NCBI RefSeq assembly: GCF_032062105.1
Contig: NW_026923049.1
Location: forward strand, 1-64,000
Source: Saccostrea cucullata
Taxonomy: Eukaryota
Reading direction: 5' to 3'
Length of the DNA: 64,000 bases
Position numbers and translations under genes: made by a program. A model generated the notes under the pieces. That model had not been told where the DNA came from and made no database searches. It was given only the letters and a program-made list of their open reading frames with translations. Below, one piece after another: positions 1-14,300 of the stretch (within the stretch, counting starts at the first letter, position 1; each line of letters opens with the position of its first letter).

Positions 1-220
1 ACCTCCCTCTCTGGTGTCTTCTCAAACATCTTCCACGGGTCAAGTCTCAGTGGTTCAGGAGGAGATGTAAAGAAGTTTGCCCTTGCTTTCCGCTGAGGAC
101 TACTGTTCTGCACTAGGTTTTCTTCCTGACAAATATCTTTACTGGGTTTGTCTGGGGAGGAATCTTCATATTCCATTTCTTCCAAATCAGAGTCGGCCTC
201 AGAGGCTTCATACTCTGTGT
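1..220 (-). CDS. Further coding exon, probably MICAL C-terminal region (DTEYEASEADSDLEE...FFTSPPEPLRLDPW), runs off the window
   Basis: Long pyrimidine tract with ttctag acceptor at 221-222; open in phase 1 to the window edge. Confidence 0.6.
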
Positions 221-659
221 CTAGAAAAAATAAAACAAAACTTAACACATACAATACATTCAAATGTGGTGAAAAGATTTTCAATGTATTTTCAACAATG
301 CCTGAATTACTTTCAATAAGTCTGTGTTTGCTTCAAAGAAATTATTCCAAATAAATATTTTGTTTTTCTTCACAAATGAATTTTCCAAATATTTAAAGAC
401 AGTGAAGAAATTTACCTCCTTCCACTATTCCCCAAGGCAACATGTAAATTTAAATATATTTAAATTTAAAACATTAACTTTTATATAAAACTAGAAACTT
501 TTCCCCGAAATATCCATATCTTCCTGCATTTTCCCTTCCCCTGCTTAAAGCATTTTAAATTTGTTTCCCAAGCAATTCCTGTTCTTCACTCATATCTTAT
601 CTTTACTTCCCAATGCAATGTACTGTTATCATCCACTTTTTTCATCCCTCCTTCGATTC

Positions 660-1800
660 CAGACCTGCATCTTCTTTCAGACTTATTCCCCACCAGATAA
701 GCATCTTCTTTCAGACTTATTCCACATTAGATAGGCATCTGTTGTCAGACTTATTCCCACCAGATAAGCATCTTCTTTGAGACTTATTCCACATTAGATA
801 GGCATCTGTTGTCAGACTTATTCCCACCAGATAAGCATCTTCTTTCAGACTTATTCCACATTAGATAGGCATCTGTTGTCAGACTTATTCCCACCAGATA
901 AGCATCTTCCTTCAGACTTATTCCCCAAAGGAACTTATCTTCTTTCAGAATATATTCCTGGCAGAAATGTATCTTATTTCAGACTCAATCCTCAACTTAC
1001 AGACCTTATCTTATTTCAGACTCAATCCCTAACTTACAGACCTTATCTTATTTCAGACTCAATCCCTAACAGCTATATCTTATTTCAGACTCAATCCATA
1101 TCAGATATTTATATAAGTATCTTCTTTCAGAATCCATCCTCAACAAATCTGTTTCCTCTTTCACAATTCATCCATAACAGAACTATATCTTCTTTCAGAC
1201 TTATTTCCCACAAGATTTGTGTCTACTTTTAGACTCACTCCTCAACAGACCTCATCTTCTTTTGGACACAATCTTAAACAGAATTGTGTCTTCTTTCAGA
1301 CTTATTCCACATCAGATATGCATCTTCTTTCAGAATTATTTCCCAACAGATGACATCTTCCTCTCAACTTTTTTCCCACCAGAGAAGCATTTTCTTTCAC
1401 ACTCAATCCTATCAGATCTGTATCTACTTTCAGACTCAATCCTCAACGGACCTGTATCTTCTTTCAATGTCAATCCTCAATAGAACTGTGCCTTATTTCA
1501 GAATCAATCCCTAACAGACCTTATCTTCTTTCAGAATCCATCCTCAACAGAACCGTGGCTTCTTTCAGACTTATTCCCCACCAGAGAAGCATCTTCTTTC
1601 AGACTCAATCCTATCAGATCTGTTTCTTCTTTCAGACTCAATCCTATCAGATCTGTATCTTCTTTCAGAATTGATCCTATCAGATCTGTATCTTTTTTCA
1701 GAATCAATCCTCAACAGACCTTTTCTTCCTTAAGACTCAAGTCTTTATGTAGTTTTTATCTCCAACAGAACTGTGCCTCCTTTCAGACTCATCCTTGACT
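660..1800. repeat. Degenerate minisatellite, ~33-35-bp unit (tcttctttcagacttattccccaccagataagca)
   Basis: Recurrent tcttctttcagact core throughout the interval. Confidence 0.85.
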
Positions 1801-2192
1801 AATTCCCTTTCAATCCCGTATCTTGTTCTGACTAATAATCCTACAGAACTATATCTTTAGTATCTTTATCTGACTCCCTTCTCCACAGACCTGTTTGTTT
1901 GTCTTACTCATTCCCTAAACAGCCCTTTATCTACCAGGACCACCAAGAGTCCTCTTTGTCTTACATTTTTCCCTATGAATCTGTATGTTCAAAAAATCCT
2001 ACGTGTATCTTTATCTGACTCCCTGCCCCTTCAGACCTATATTTTTATCTTCAACATTCCCATCTCTCCTAGTTTATCGTCTCCCTCCTTTACCTTTATC
2101 ATCCTCTGACTATCCTTTGTCTTCTCCCCTTTAGACCTATATTTTTATCTTCCTGCCTATCCCTGCTTTGTAATCTACATTTCCCTCTCCCT

Positions 2193-2349
2193 TTATATCT
2201 TTTGTTCCACGGCCTCCATTAAATTCTCATAAGATTTCCGTTTGAGTGTTTCCACAACAGCCAGGGCTTCCTCCAGTGTCAGGTCCTTGCTGACGTTATG
2301 TCCGTACGTCGATTCCACTGCCTCCTGTAACTCATCATCATCACTCGAC
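2193..2349 (-). CDS. MICAL: MICAL exon ([11 protein letters not shown]...[17 protein letters not shown])
   Basis: cacag acceptor in phase 2; open until TAA at 2195-2193. Confidence 0.75.
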
Positions 2350-5300
2350 CTGTGTTACCATGACAACATAATTAATACTTTTGTTTAAACTGACATTTTA
2401 TTGACCCCATAATAGAGTTGTAATTTAAAACTTAAGAATTAGAAAATTAAGATATTCTGCAATAAAGGAAATTTAAAAGCAGACCATTTTTAACTTTATT
2501 ACAGAAAGCAAAAACAGAATTATAACTGCTTGAAGATAAACATTTACAGGTTTGCTTATCTTATGAATTCAAACTATACATGTAGCTAGCAAAAACTTAT
2601 TAGCAATTATTAGCAATTATTCTTAACAATACACATACTGGATATGATAAATTAGTCATTCCAATATCCACACGTGCTGGCAAGCTATTTTTGTATTTTT
2701 TGTATTGTATTGTATTATATTCATGTATAGTCTTTATAATTTATGTTTTCTTGAATAATTTATTGTCTATGTCTATGCAGTTATTACGAATTAAATGATA
2801 GTCAATTTTATCGAATTGCAGTCAATAATTTTAATACTAAATTGTTTGGTTAAAAAGCAATATACTCTGAACAGTTATATGTAATTACTTACTATTATAA
2901 TATTTAACATCTTATACATGTAAATATCTATTCCATGATTAACATATGATTAATTTAATAATATGCTGAATTTACACATAATTTGTATATTTGAATATGG
3001 AAATAATATTTGTTGTAAACACTTTTTTCAATTTATATTTCATGGCTGAATATTAAATGAATGAAGTATATTTTTATCTGCAAATTAATTTTTAATCAAC
3101 AAGGAAATATATATAAACCTTATAAAACGTGATGCAGCTATAGAATCTTTATGAAAGTGAACATTATTTAATTAAAAAAAACAAATTTAGAGAAATATTA
3201 CATTTTAGTGTACAATTTACATGGAAAGTAATAATTTAAAAACATGATAAATTTGAAGATATATTCATGATCATAATGTTATTTAGTGGAACACATTTAC
3301 ATTATAAAAATGTTATCCAAGAAACAAGTATGAATTAAATGAAATGAAAATATATTTAGCACTAAGAATGTGGGTACATTTTATGTGATGATAATAGATT
3401 CCCTTCCAGAGATATACTGACAGAGAAGTCATACAGTGATATACAATGTAGATGTCCTGAGTATACACACAGAATAACACTACAAGACAGCTATCGTCAA
3501 TATCATACCTAAGGAGAAATACATCGCTGTGGGGGAGAAAATGCAGATTATATCAAACAAGCCATTGTCATTGGTAGAGAATTGATAGGGCTAATTTACA
3601 TAATACAAAGTCATTGTCATTGGTAGAGAATTGATACATCTGATTTACAAGCCTTTGATTTGGAGAAGACAATGAACTGATCATGTTTTTTTTAAATGAT
3701 TTTGTTAGACCAAAGTTCAATACAGTTCAAATCCGTTTTTTTTTAATAGTTGTTCTTGCAAACATTGATCAAATATTCTATGAGCATATAAAGACACTTC
3801 AGTTTTATCATTAATTTTTTTAAGTTATTTGAATTCAATGTTTATGCATTTATTTAGTGTAAAATTAACATGTTAGTCAATGAAGAAAAATAAAAAATAT
3901 TAAGATTTTTTCCCCTTTTTAAATTTATAATTTTTGGGAACTCCAGGATACTTAACAGTATATAAAGAATGGACTGAATTGAAATTTGAATTGAAAATTC
4001 ATTCTCAACATGCAAAGTAAGCTTAGTTATACTGAAGCTAGTTTCTTTAAGCAACAATAAATTTATTACCACAAGGTTAAATTCTCCAAGATACAAGTAT
4101 GGATTATGTGCCCCTGATTCAAACCAAACAATGTATTTTTGGAGGGTAAAGTCTTATTGAATTTTGTATTGATATTCATTTCTTTTGATGTTTTTTGTAA
4201 ATTCTTTAATTAAAAAATACCCAAACAGAATCATATATCATGCATAATTAATTAGAGAGATAAAACTGTCAGTGCATTAATAATCTCATCATATTCTAGG
4301 AACAGACCTGCATGCAACATTCCCTTTAAACTATTCCAAAAAATAGACTTTTTTTTTTCCTAGTATCAGGTTGAAGAATCATTTAGCCCTTTATAATATT
4401 ATTAATAAACACTGTAGTAATTTTTTGAATATATGAAGTATTCAATTTTCAAGTCTGGTTTAATATATTGTATATACATTGAATTATAATCAGACAACCT
4501 CATTTTAATTGTGTGTAGTTTTATTCCAATATCAGTTCCCTCAACCTGTATATAAATTACTCTTTCAATTTTTTTTTTGACATTCATATTTCTAATCAGC
4601 ATTTTTAAATCAGAATATTAGTTGCAGTCATTTAAAAAAAACTATTTATAAAAAAAATACTAGGCATTCAAATGGACACCGACTCTCCAAATTCATGGAT
4701 AATGAGCATTCCTTTTTTAATAAAAATTAAAATGGAGACTTTCTAAAAAATATCACACTGAACAAAATAAAAGGGATTTCTAAGACTGTGTCAGGCAATT
4801 CAAACAATCGTACCACCCCTGTAGGATAGCTGCTAACTCCAGATCACTGTTGTCATGGCAACAAAATGTTTTATCATAACATTTCAAAACTCAAAGTATT
4901 TAAAATCTTCTAAACTTTCAACCAAATTGTATTTAATATAAAAACAGATGAAGCAAAACAATAGTTCCAATGGGTAAATCATATTCAATATCATATGGCT
5001 TTATCTTAGGGAATCTAGCTATTAAATAATCCTAAAGAATTTGCTTTACATGTAAAAGCTAACATATCATTAAGCAAAGTAGAAAATAAAAATTAAATGA
5101 CAATAATCAGAAATAAATAAATAAAGTATCAGAGAAAATCTTCTCTTGACACAATGAGGGATACAAGGTCAAGGTCAGATATAAATATACTTACTCAAGG
5201 TCAGAGTCGGAGAGGTCCTCGTCACTGAATTCTTCCAACATGGCGTCACGTGACATCGAGGCTCGTAGATTGTGTTCCGTTAATTCTTCCTCCGATTCCT

Positions 5301-8300
5301 CAGGAAGTCCATCGATGCTGTTCTCAAACTCGATTCTCTCCGGAGTTTTCTTAGCTTTGATGTAATCTGTGTCAGGGGCGAAAGGAGGGGTGAGAGGGGC
5401 TGCAAAAGGGGGAAAATTTTTAACATTCTGTGACTGAGTGAAAGATAGTGAAACATTAAATTTTATACATACTTATAATAAATTGCAATTACCCAACAGA
5501 AAAGAGGAAAGTGCCAAAAAATATAATTCTATGAAATATACTGAGATCAATGAAAAGTATTAAAGCTAAAAGTCTATGTGAAAATGCATGTGTATGGGTA
5601 GATTTGTGTGTTACCTCTCTATTATATTCTTTTTTCCCTGTTTAAGCAGTCAACAGATTGATACCACCCTTTAACATTTATATTTTTTCCTAAGTTTATC
5701 TTCCTTTTTGAATTTTATGATGAAAGTGAATATAATGAATGATCTATATTCACAAGAAATATACAAATTAAAAAAAACAATCTAAGTCCTGCTTGTTTTA
5801 TCTGCTTAGTCTAATTAAGTCAATTTAATAAAGATAATAAATAGATATCTGTAATCACAGCTAATACAATGTACAGACAACACAGTTTTTTACTACAAAA
5901 AATTCCTCTTCCTAACCTAAAAACATTTACTTCAGGTGACCTACTTTCTTCTACTCCTATCATTTATCAAGTGAACCTAAACACCTTAAAAACCCATACA
6001 CCAAAAACTCATTCACCATCTTAATCAATCGATTCATCACTGGACTCATCTGAACAACAACAACAAAATAATTAACTCTTATTTTATTCACAAAGCAATA
6101 AAAAAAATTCTTGATCACTCATGCAACCATGCAACAAAGTACATTTTGAAAGATGTGTATGCAGGGATTTTCCACAGCCCCGTGTAGGGCCGAATATGGG
6201 TCCCATTCCCAATTGCAAAATCATGTAACCTTTATGTAGATGCATATAAAGTGTGTTTATTTTGCATGTGTTCAATTTTTGAAAAATGGCAGTAAAACAC
6301 ACATTGAAAGTGTTTAAAGGTTAGAATGAAATGAACAAAATAAGAAATGGCTTAAACTTCATAATTATGTCACATTTGTGTAGTTCTAAATAATGATGTA
6401 AAAATCAATTTTATTCATCATAAGTGTTTATTTCTTGAAAATCATCTCGCTATACAATTTCCCAAAAAGTTGTAAAATGGATTTAAAAAAAAATGGTAAG
6501 GGCCTTCCAATTCCCAAAAGGTGGTGGAAAATCCCTGGTATGACAATATCCAACACTCATTATCACAACCCATCCCAACCCCTTAATCCCCCCCCCCCTC
6601 AAGTTTATACTATGTAACATCTTTATGTAGATGCATATAAGTGAACTTATTGTATCTGATATATCTGAAAATGGGAAGCTCAAGTTGTTTTTGCAAATTT
6701 TTACATGCCTGCTTTACTATTGAATTAAATTTTTTATCAATAATGATGAAGAAAGGGGGATAAATATTTTAATGATATTTATTTTTTTTATATTTAATTA
6801 TAATTTACATTTTTATTCTAATACTGTGAAAATTGAAAACTTTTGGTCAATCCAAAAACCAGTTTTCCTCAACGAAGCACTGGTAAAGTGTTTAAATGTT
6901 AGTGTTGCAGTGATAGTAAAAATATAGTTTACAGTTATGTCATATTTGTGAAGAAATATTTCAAGTTAAAAGCACTACAATCCTTTACCATGTAAATTCG
7001 CTTCTGCTTAGTGATGAAGGTTTTGTATTATATTTTGGGCATTAATGACATTATGCAAGTCTCACAGCAATTATTTTTTTAAAAATCAATGACCTTCCAA
7101 TTAATAATTTTACTGATACTCTATACTACAAATATATCAGAAAGAGCCTAACAAAATTGTTACTTGAAGAAAAAAATTAGACTGACCCTAACACGGGTTG
7201 AGTAATAAAAAAATTAACCAATCAGCCTGATCCTTACAAAGGTTGAGTCATAAAGAAAAAAATTAACCAATCAGACTGAGTCTTACAAAGGTTGAGACAT
7301 AAAGCATTCCATGTGAGCACGGAGACATTGCAGGTGAACATATTACTTACTTTTTGTTTCTTTCCTTCCTTTTTTAATGACTGAAAATGTGTAGTCAGAA
7401 AAAATAGCATTTTTAGTTGATCTTGCAAAATTTTAAATGCTGGCAATACTATTAATTTTTTTATTTAATGATCACAACTTTTATAACAATGCTTTTTAAA
7501 TTTATAATCCCCCCAATAAAAGAAAATCAAACTATTTGAATGGATTTACTCATTTTTAGTTTTTGTCTTGTTTTCTTTTGTTATTAAGAATTTCCCTACA
7601 TGAAATATATTTCACTCATGTTTTTCAGGGGAGAGGGATGGAAATAAATTATTTTTTTAGTAGGTGTTTGTAATTGAAAACTTTTGGTCAATTCATAAAC
7701 CAGTTTTTATCAAAGACAAGGCAACTGCTAGCTTGATAACTCATTGAACAATGTAAGATTGATAAATGTTGAGTTAATCTTAACCCTTAATAAGTAGAAA
7801 AGTGAGGTAAATAAATGTATGGGATTATCTTAAATATGTCGAAAAATGAGGTAATTTACATGTGTACATCACAGTTGATGTGAAATACAGTTAAAAACAA
7901 TATGTTAGATATTAAATACTGTAAATTAAGTTAGTAGTAAACAATAAATATCTATTAAGTATTTCAATGCATGTGTACACTGTACATATGTTGAATATAT
8001 TCTAACTTTATAAATTTCCTAAATATGGGTGTACTTGATTTGCAATGAATAGTATTATAAAATTAAGAGTGTACTTGAGTTACCATACATGCTCCTTTAA
8101 GTATTTAAGAGGATATGATTTTACAATTGTTTCATGTATTTATTGAAAATCTCAAAAGAGTTTGAAATTATAACAGTTAAAAAATACAATTTCCTTCCTT
8201 GCACAACTACTCTCCATATGATTATTCAAAATATTATAAGGAAGATAATTCTTCCTAACAAAAAGCTAGATTAATCTTCTTCACACAAAGGGTGATAACA

Positions 8301-11300
8301 CTACCAAACACCATACCTGGTATTTTTTTAGGGGAGTCACCAATTGTTTCCTTTTTGGGTGTCTTAACAATATCCTCCACAATTTTTGGTATGTTCTCCT
8401 TAAAAGAAATATCAAATAAAAATTTTCAGCAAATAATATTGATATTTTAAAAAAAATTTGCTTCCTTCTTAAAGTGCATAATTATTTACTAAAAAGAATT
8501 TAATTAATTGTATAAATACGTTGAAATGTATACATCCTCGGTATAAATTTATTACTTTTGATGTGTCCTCCTCAAACGCTCGCTTTCTCTTGGCCCGACC
8601 TAATCTCATCTCAGGCTTAGAATGGCGGAAACAGTAGAACTTCACTGTGTGAAATTAAAAATGTAGAATACACAAGGAAATAACAAAACTATCAAAGAAC
8701 TGTGGACCTTTGAAAGAACTTACAGTGATCCTCTAAGAGAGATGTTGTGGACCTTTATAAGAACTTACAATGATACTCTAAGAGAGATGTTGTGGACCTT
8801 AATATGAACTTACAATGATCTTCTAAGAGAGATGTTGTGGACCTTAATATGAACTTACAATGATCTTCTAAGAGAGATGTTGTGGACCTTAATATGAACT
8901 TACAATGATCTTCTAAGAGAGATGTTGTGGACCTTAATATGAACTTACAATGATCTTCTAAGAGAGATGTTGTGGACCTTAATATGAACTTACAATGATC
9001 TTCTAAGAGAGATGTTGTGGACCTTAATATGAACTTACAGTGATCCTCTAAGAGAGATGTTGTGGACCTTTGTAAGAACTTACAATGATCTTCTAAGAGA
9101 GATGTTGTGGACCTTAATATGAACTTACAATGATCTTCTAAGAGAGATGTTGTGGACCTTTATAAGAACTTACAATGATCCTTTAAGAGAGATGTTGTGG
9201 ACCTTTGATTTAATTTACAATGGGCATCTAAGACAGATGTTGTGGACCTTGAGTCAGATTGGTTCTGTAAGAACTTACAATGATCTTCTAAGAGAGATGT
9301 TGGTGAACATAAGACAGATAGGTCCTATGAAGACTTACCTTCACCCCCTGCCAGCCTGTCACAGCTGTAGTTGTTAACCCTCAGTCCACATTCACAGAAA
9401 TCACACTTGAGACAGCCCCGGTGGAAGAAGATGCCCTCAGCACACATTCTCTCCATGATGTACACACGTTTCTTACAGAAATAGCAGATCTCACTCTCTG
9501 GCTGGGCAGCCAAAAGAACACCTGTTGTTTTCTAAGGGATAAAGTGAGTATATTTATGTAAATAGAATACATATTAGTTACTATCTTGAAACATACGCAA
9601 TATTTTAGCAAGGAGAGAACAAGGATTTTTTTTTCCTGTAATGTATCTCAAAGAAATCCAACCCTCTAATCGAATAAAATCATGCACAAATCTTCATTTT
9701 ATACACAAAATTTCTAAATTAATTCTGAACAAAAATTTTTTACCACTTTTTGTTTAACTGGTGGCTCCAAGCCTTGTTTGAACTTTGACACCAGGATCTC
9801 TGCCATCTGGCTGACCTTGACATTAGACTGAAGGTCATTGTACAGTTTGACATTAATATCGTCCTTTTTGTCCACAGTAAGTTTGTTGGCAATCTCCTCC
9901 ATTGGTAATTTACTGTATCGGGTGAGCTGAACATCACCATTGTGCTGAAAAGTTCAAGTTTTACGTTTGTTACAAACACTTTAAAGCAATATGAGCTGCA
10001 TTTTTGAGAATTTTATTTTGCTGGTAAAATGTGTTATTATGATTAATCTGTATGTAATGTAAACCTTTATGATCAAAAAGACCAAAATAAAGTTTAAACA
10101 TAGGTAATCAGAGATTACAGAGCTCACCTCAACGAATGTTGTCTTTAAATAAGGCAAAGTCACACAATTAACCAACAAAAAATGTACATTCCAAAAATGA
10201 AAATATCTAAGCAATTTTGATCTGATACTTTGAAGTAGACCAACATAAAAAATTTAAAGTAGTTCTTCTTCATGAAAATGTAATTCAGCATCTAAAGCAA
10301 ATTTGAGTTTTCATCTCTTGATGCAACATTTGTGCAAGTTTGGTTTATACAATGTTATAAAAGCCTTAAAGTTTTTTGGTAATAGACCTGCAACCATAAC
10401 TTTAACCTGGTCTATTATCTGAAAAATGTATATGTCGAATTCAGCATCAGAAGCAAGGCCATAAGTGTGCATCCTAAGATGTATCGTCCATGCAAGTTTG
10501 CACATAATAAGGCTCATAGTTAATTGGAAATGAAACATACATCAAAAACTAACATTTTCACTCATCCACAAAATGTAGGTCAGATTCAGCATCCAAAGCA
10601 AGCCTGGTAGTATGCATCCTAAGATGTATCATCCATGCAAGATTGTCATTAAAGAACTCATAGTTACTTGGAAATGAAACCTGCACCAAAAACTTTTACT
10701 TGATCACTCAACCAGAAAATGTAGGTCAGATTCAGCATCCAAAGCAAGCCCGGTAGTGTGCATCCTTAGATTTATCATCCATGCAAGTTTGGTCAACATA
10801 GGGCTTATAGTTACTTGGAAATGAAACCTGCACCAAAAACTTTAACCTGTTCACTCAACCAGAAAATGTAGGTCAGATTCAGCATCCGAAGCAAGCCTGG
10901 TAGTATCCATCCTTAGATGTATCATCTATGCAAGTTTGGTCAACATAGGACTTATAGATACTTGGAAATGAAACCTGCACAAAAAACTTTAACCTGTTCA
11001 TTCAACCAGAAAATGTAGGTCAGATTCAGCATCCGAAGCAAGCCTGGTTGTATCCATCCTTAGATGTATCATCCATGCAAGTTTGGTCAACATAGGACTT
11101 ACAGATACTTGGAAATGAAACCTGCACCAAAAAACTTTAACCTGTTCACTCAACCGGAAAATGTTGGTCAGATTCAGCATCCGAAGCAAGCCTGGTTGTA
11201 TCCATCCTTAGATGTATCATCCATGCAAGTTTGGTTAACATACGGCTTATAGTTACTTGGAAATGAAACCTACACCAAAAACTGCACCAAAAATGTTAAC

Positions 11301-14300
11301 CTGCACCAAAAACATTAACCTGGTCATTCTTTTGCTAAAATTGCAGCATCTGAAACTTTGACTGGTACAATGAAACACACTAGAACCATCTTCCATGCAT
11401 GTCTAATCAATATAGGACATAGAAGTACTTAAAAAGAAAACTGCTCCAAAAAACTTAACCTTAACCCGGGACGCCGACACCGACGTTGAGGGAATTACAT
11501 AAGCTCCCCCAACTTCGTTGAGGTGAGCTAAAAATGTTTCAGAAGAAATATTTCTGTGCAACCAAATTATACAGTATTATATAAGAAATCATTATTGTAC
11601 AGGACGACAATAATTCAATTTTGCTTCAATCGAAGCTTATAAAAAGTTCTTCCATGGCAAATATGAACAACAAACGTTTATAAATGTTCTATTTTCCTGT
11701 CATTGAAGTAGTTGATTACAAATTGAAAATATTTTTTTCCGATGTCAAACATGCAGCTCATATTGCTTTAAACAAAGTAAATGTCAAATTAAAAGCTTGC
11801 AGATTATACTGGACATTGCATAATTAAATTTCTACATCTCATAAAAAATACACTATCATTACTATTAAAAAATCTCAGAGAGAGAGAAATGAGTCAGAGA
11901 GAGACAAGAGAGTCCAAGAGAAAGAGAAAGAAGAGAGATTTATTCACCTGTTTGATTTCCTCCCTGAACTTTTTGCGACTCAATGACGTGTTGTGTTCAT
12001 TTTTTTCCTCCTCTCGTTTAGAATTCTACAAGAAAAAGAAACAATACAGCCATGACTTTAATAAATATGAGTAAAAAAAATTCTACTTATTCCTTTCCCT
12101 TCTAAAACAATTTGATTATTATAAAAATTGTTTTGTAATGATCCTTGCTATCTTAAGGAATTTTCTGCCCCCCCCCCCCCCCCCCCCACAAAAAATCAAT
12201 ACATTCAATTAAAAAAAAGACGTTATGAAATAGAAACACTCCAATTTATATTTGAAATCTGACCTGTCAGTGTGCATAATCTTAGCACTTTAATATATAC
12301 TTTAAAAAGTACAAGTACTTGAATCACGTGACAAGAAAACAGTTCATAACGGATAACTCAACTAGGAAGCAATATTGTTGTCTGGGAGCCATGTTAGATT
12401 TACAGGTCAGATATGATACATAAAGCTGTTTTTACGTTCTTATTAAGTATTTTTAATTACCCAAATGAGTAAATTATTGTTCTACTTAAGAATTAACATT
12501 AAGATATTAATAAATATAGCTTGTCTGAAACTTCAATGTCTGAAAAAGAATGAAAGACTTTGAATTAGGTCATTGACGTGTCTGAAAATAGAATTTTGCA
12601 ATTATTACAATGAAATTTTCTTATGGTCATTCAAAATTGAAGCCATGGTCCTTTTTAAGTAGCAGTTTATAAGTGATGCCTGTTTTGAAGGGTAACAGTT
12701 AAAATTGAAACACGAGGAAAACCACTGTGAATCAACAAGTCAGTGGAGATTGACAATGGTTTTCTGAGGGATGTCAATCTTAACTGTTACCCTCCAAAAC
12801 AGGCATCATTTTTATTATTTTACTGAAAGTTTAATTGATAAAAGATTTTAGCCTAAAATTTGTCGAACATTAGGAAAGCTTTCAAATTCCTAGCTTTTGT
12901 TTTTCTCGGTAAGTTTTAAAAAAAAATTAACGACCCCTTTATTGTTTGTTTGATATTCAAAAAAAGTTCCTCATCATCAAAGTTTCATCATTTCTGTTGT
13001 TTTCAATATTTAGCCAAATTGGATGCATTGATTGATGTCAAGTGTCTTTGACTTCTTTCAAATGCATACATGTAACTTGCATTTTGAGAATTCTATGGCA
13101 TGTGTCATATTTCCGTTGTGTCACCTGTTGTTAAGTGCACTGCTAACGCTGAGGTTAACATTACAGATTGTTAAATGCATCTAAACCAATAAAATTTCAG
13201 TATTCAACATGAAAATATCACATTTCTTTACATTACCAACAGCTGTATAATCTTACTTTTCCAAAATTATTTGTATCAACAAACCAGTTAATTTCATGAG
13301 AATTTAATCATTGGTATGTAACCATCACTTTTACTTCTCTACTTTCATTGCAGATTGTCGCCTGATCTTATATAATGGATCCCCGGTATAGTGGTCAGGA
13401 TATCCTAAGGTGTGACCTTTGTGTGACCAATGCGGTTCAAAGTCACTGTGAGCTTTGTCATGTCAACCTGTGCAAGGCCTGTGTAGGAGAGCATCTCTCT
13501 GATTTTATCAAGAAACATAGAGTCATATCATATATAGAAAGAACATCGATGCCTACCTATCCTACATGCCCAAAGCATTCCAAGAACTGTGAACTTTACT
13601 GTGAAGAATGTGACATTCCTGTTTGTTCTACCTGTATCTCCTCAGGTAACCATAAGGGACATCATTTATCAGATGTTTTACAAAAACTTATCTCCAAAAC
13701 AAGAGATATGGAGAAAGACTTAAAAGAACTTGAGACTAAAATTTTCCCAAAATATGAAGAAATTGCATCTAGCATGAAAACCAAAAAAGACAACTTAGAA
13801 ACACACTACACTAAATTAACAACAGCTGTCACCAAACACGGAGAAGACTGGCACAGAGAAATTAACATCATTGTCAACAAACAGAAATCTGATATTGATG
13901 ACATGAAAACTAAGCATCTGGCAGCCCTAAATAAAGAGGAAAATGAAATCAAACACATTACTGCAGAAGTGAATCAATGCATACTTGATCTGAAGAAAAT
14001 GCTGGACGCCAATGATGTCTCCCTAACCTCTGCCTACAAATCCAGAAATGCTGAATTGAGACATTTACCTCCAGACCTCAACGTTTCATTCCCAACTTTC
14101 TCTACTCATCAGATCAACAAAGAAAAGCTCCATCAAATGTTTGGTTCTCTGTCATCATTATCCATTACAAGAGAAGAATGCGGTAACACAATTAAACCAC
14201 TGCTTGATGATCCAGAATTCATTACCACCATAGACACTGGGTATAAACTACTATACAGTGTTAGCTGTCCCAGTGATGTAGAAATCTGGACATGTGGAGA

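Noticed and set aside
876-1514. Plus-strand ORFs 876..1232, 1217..1483 and 1284..1514
   Set aside because: By-products of the minisatellite; mixed 33-35-bp units break frames on both strands.
5615-5637. Possible second MICAL microexon (cag|23 nt|gtaac)
   Set aside because: 23 nt shifts the frame and no compensating exon was found.
8700-9302. CRISPR-like appearance of the regular arrays (also 18182-18915 and 41690-42760)
   Set aside because: Units are contiguous with no unique spacers, there are no cas genes, and the context is eukaryotic.
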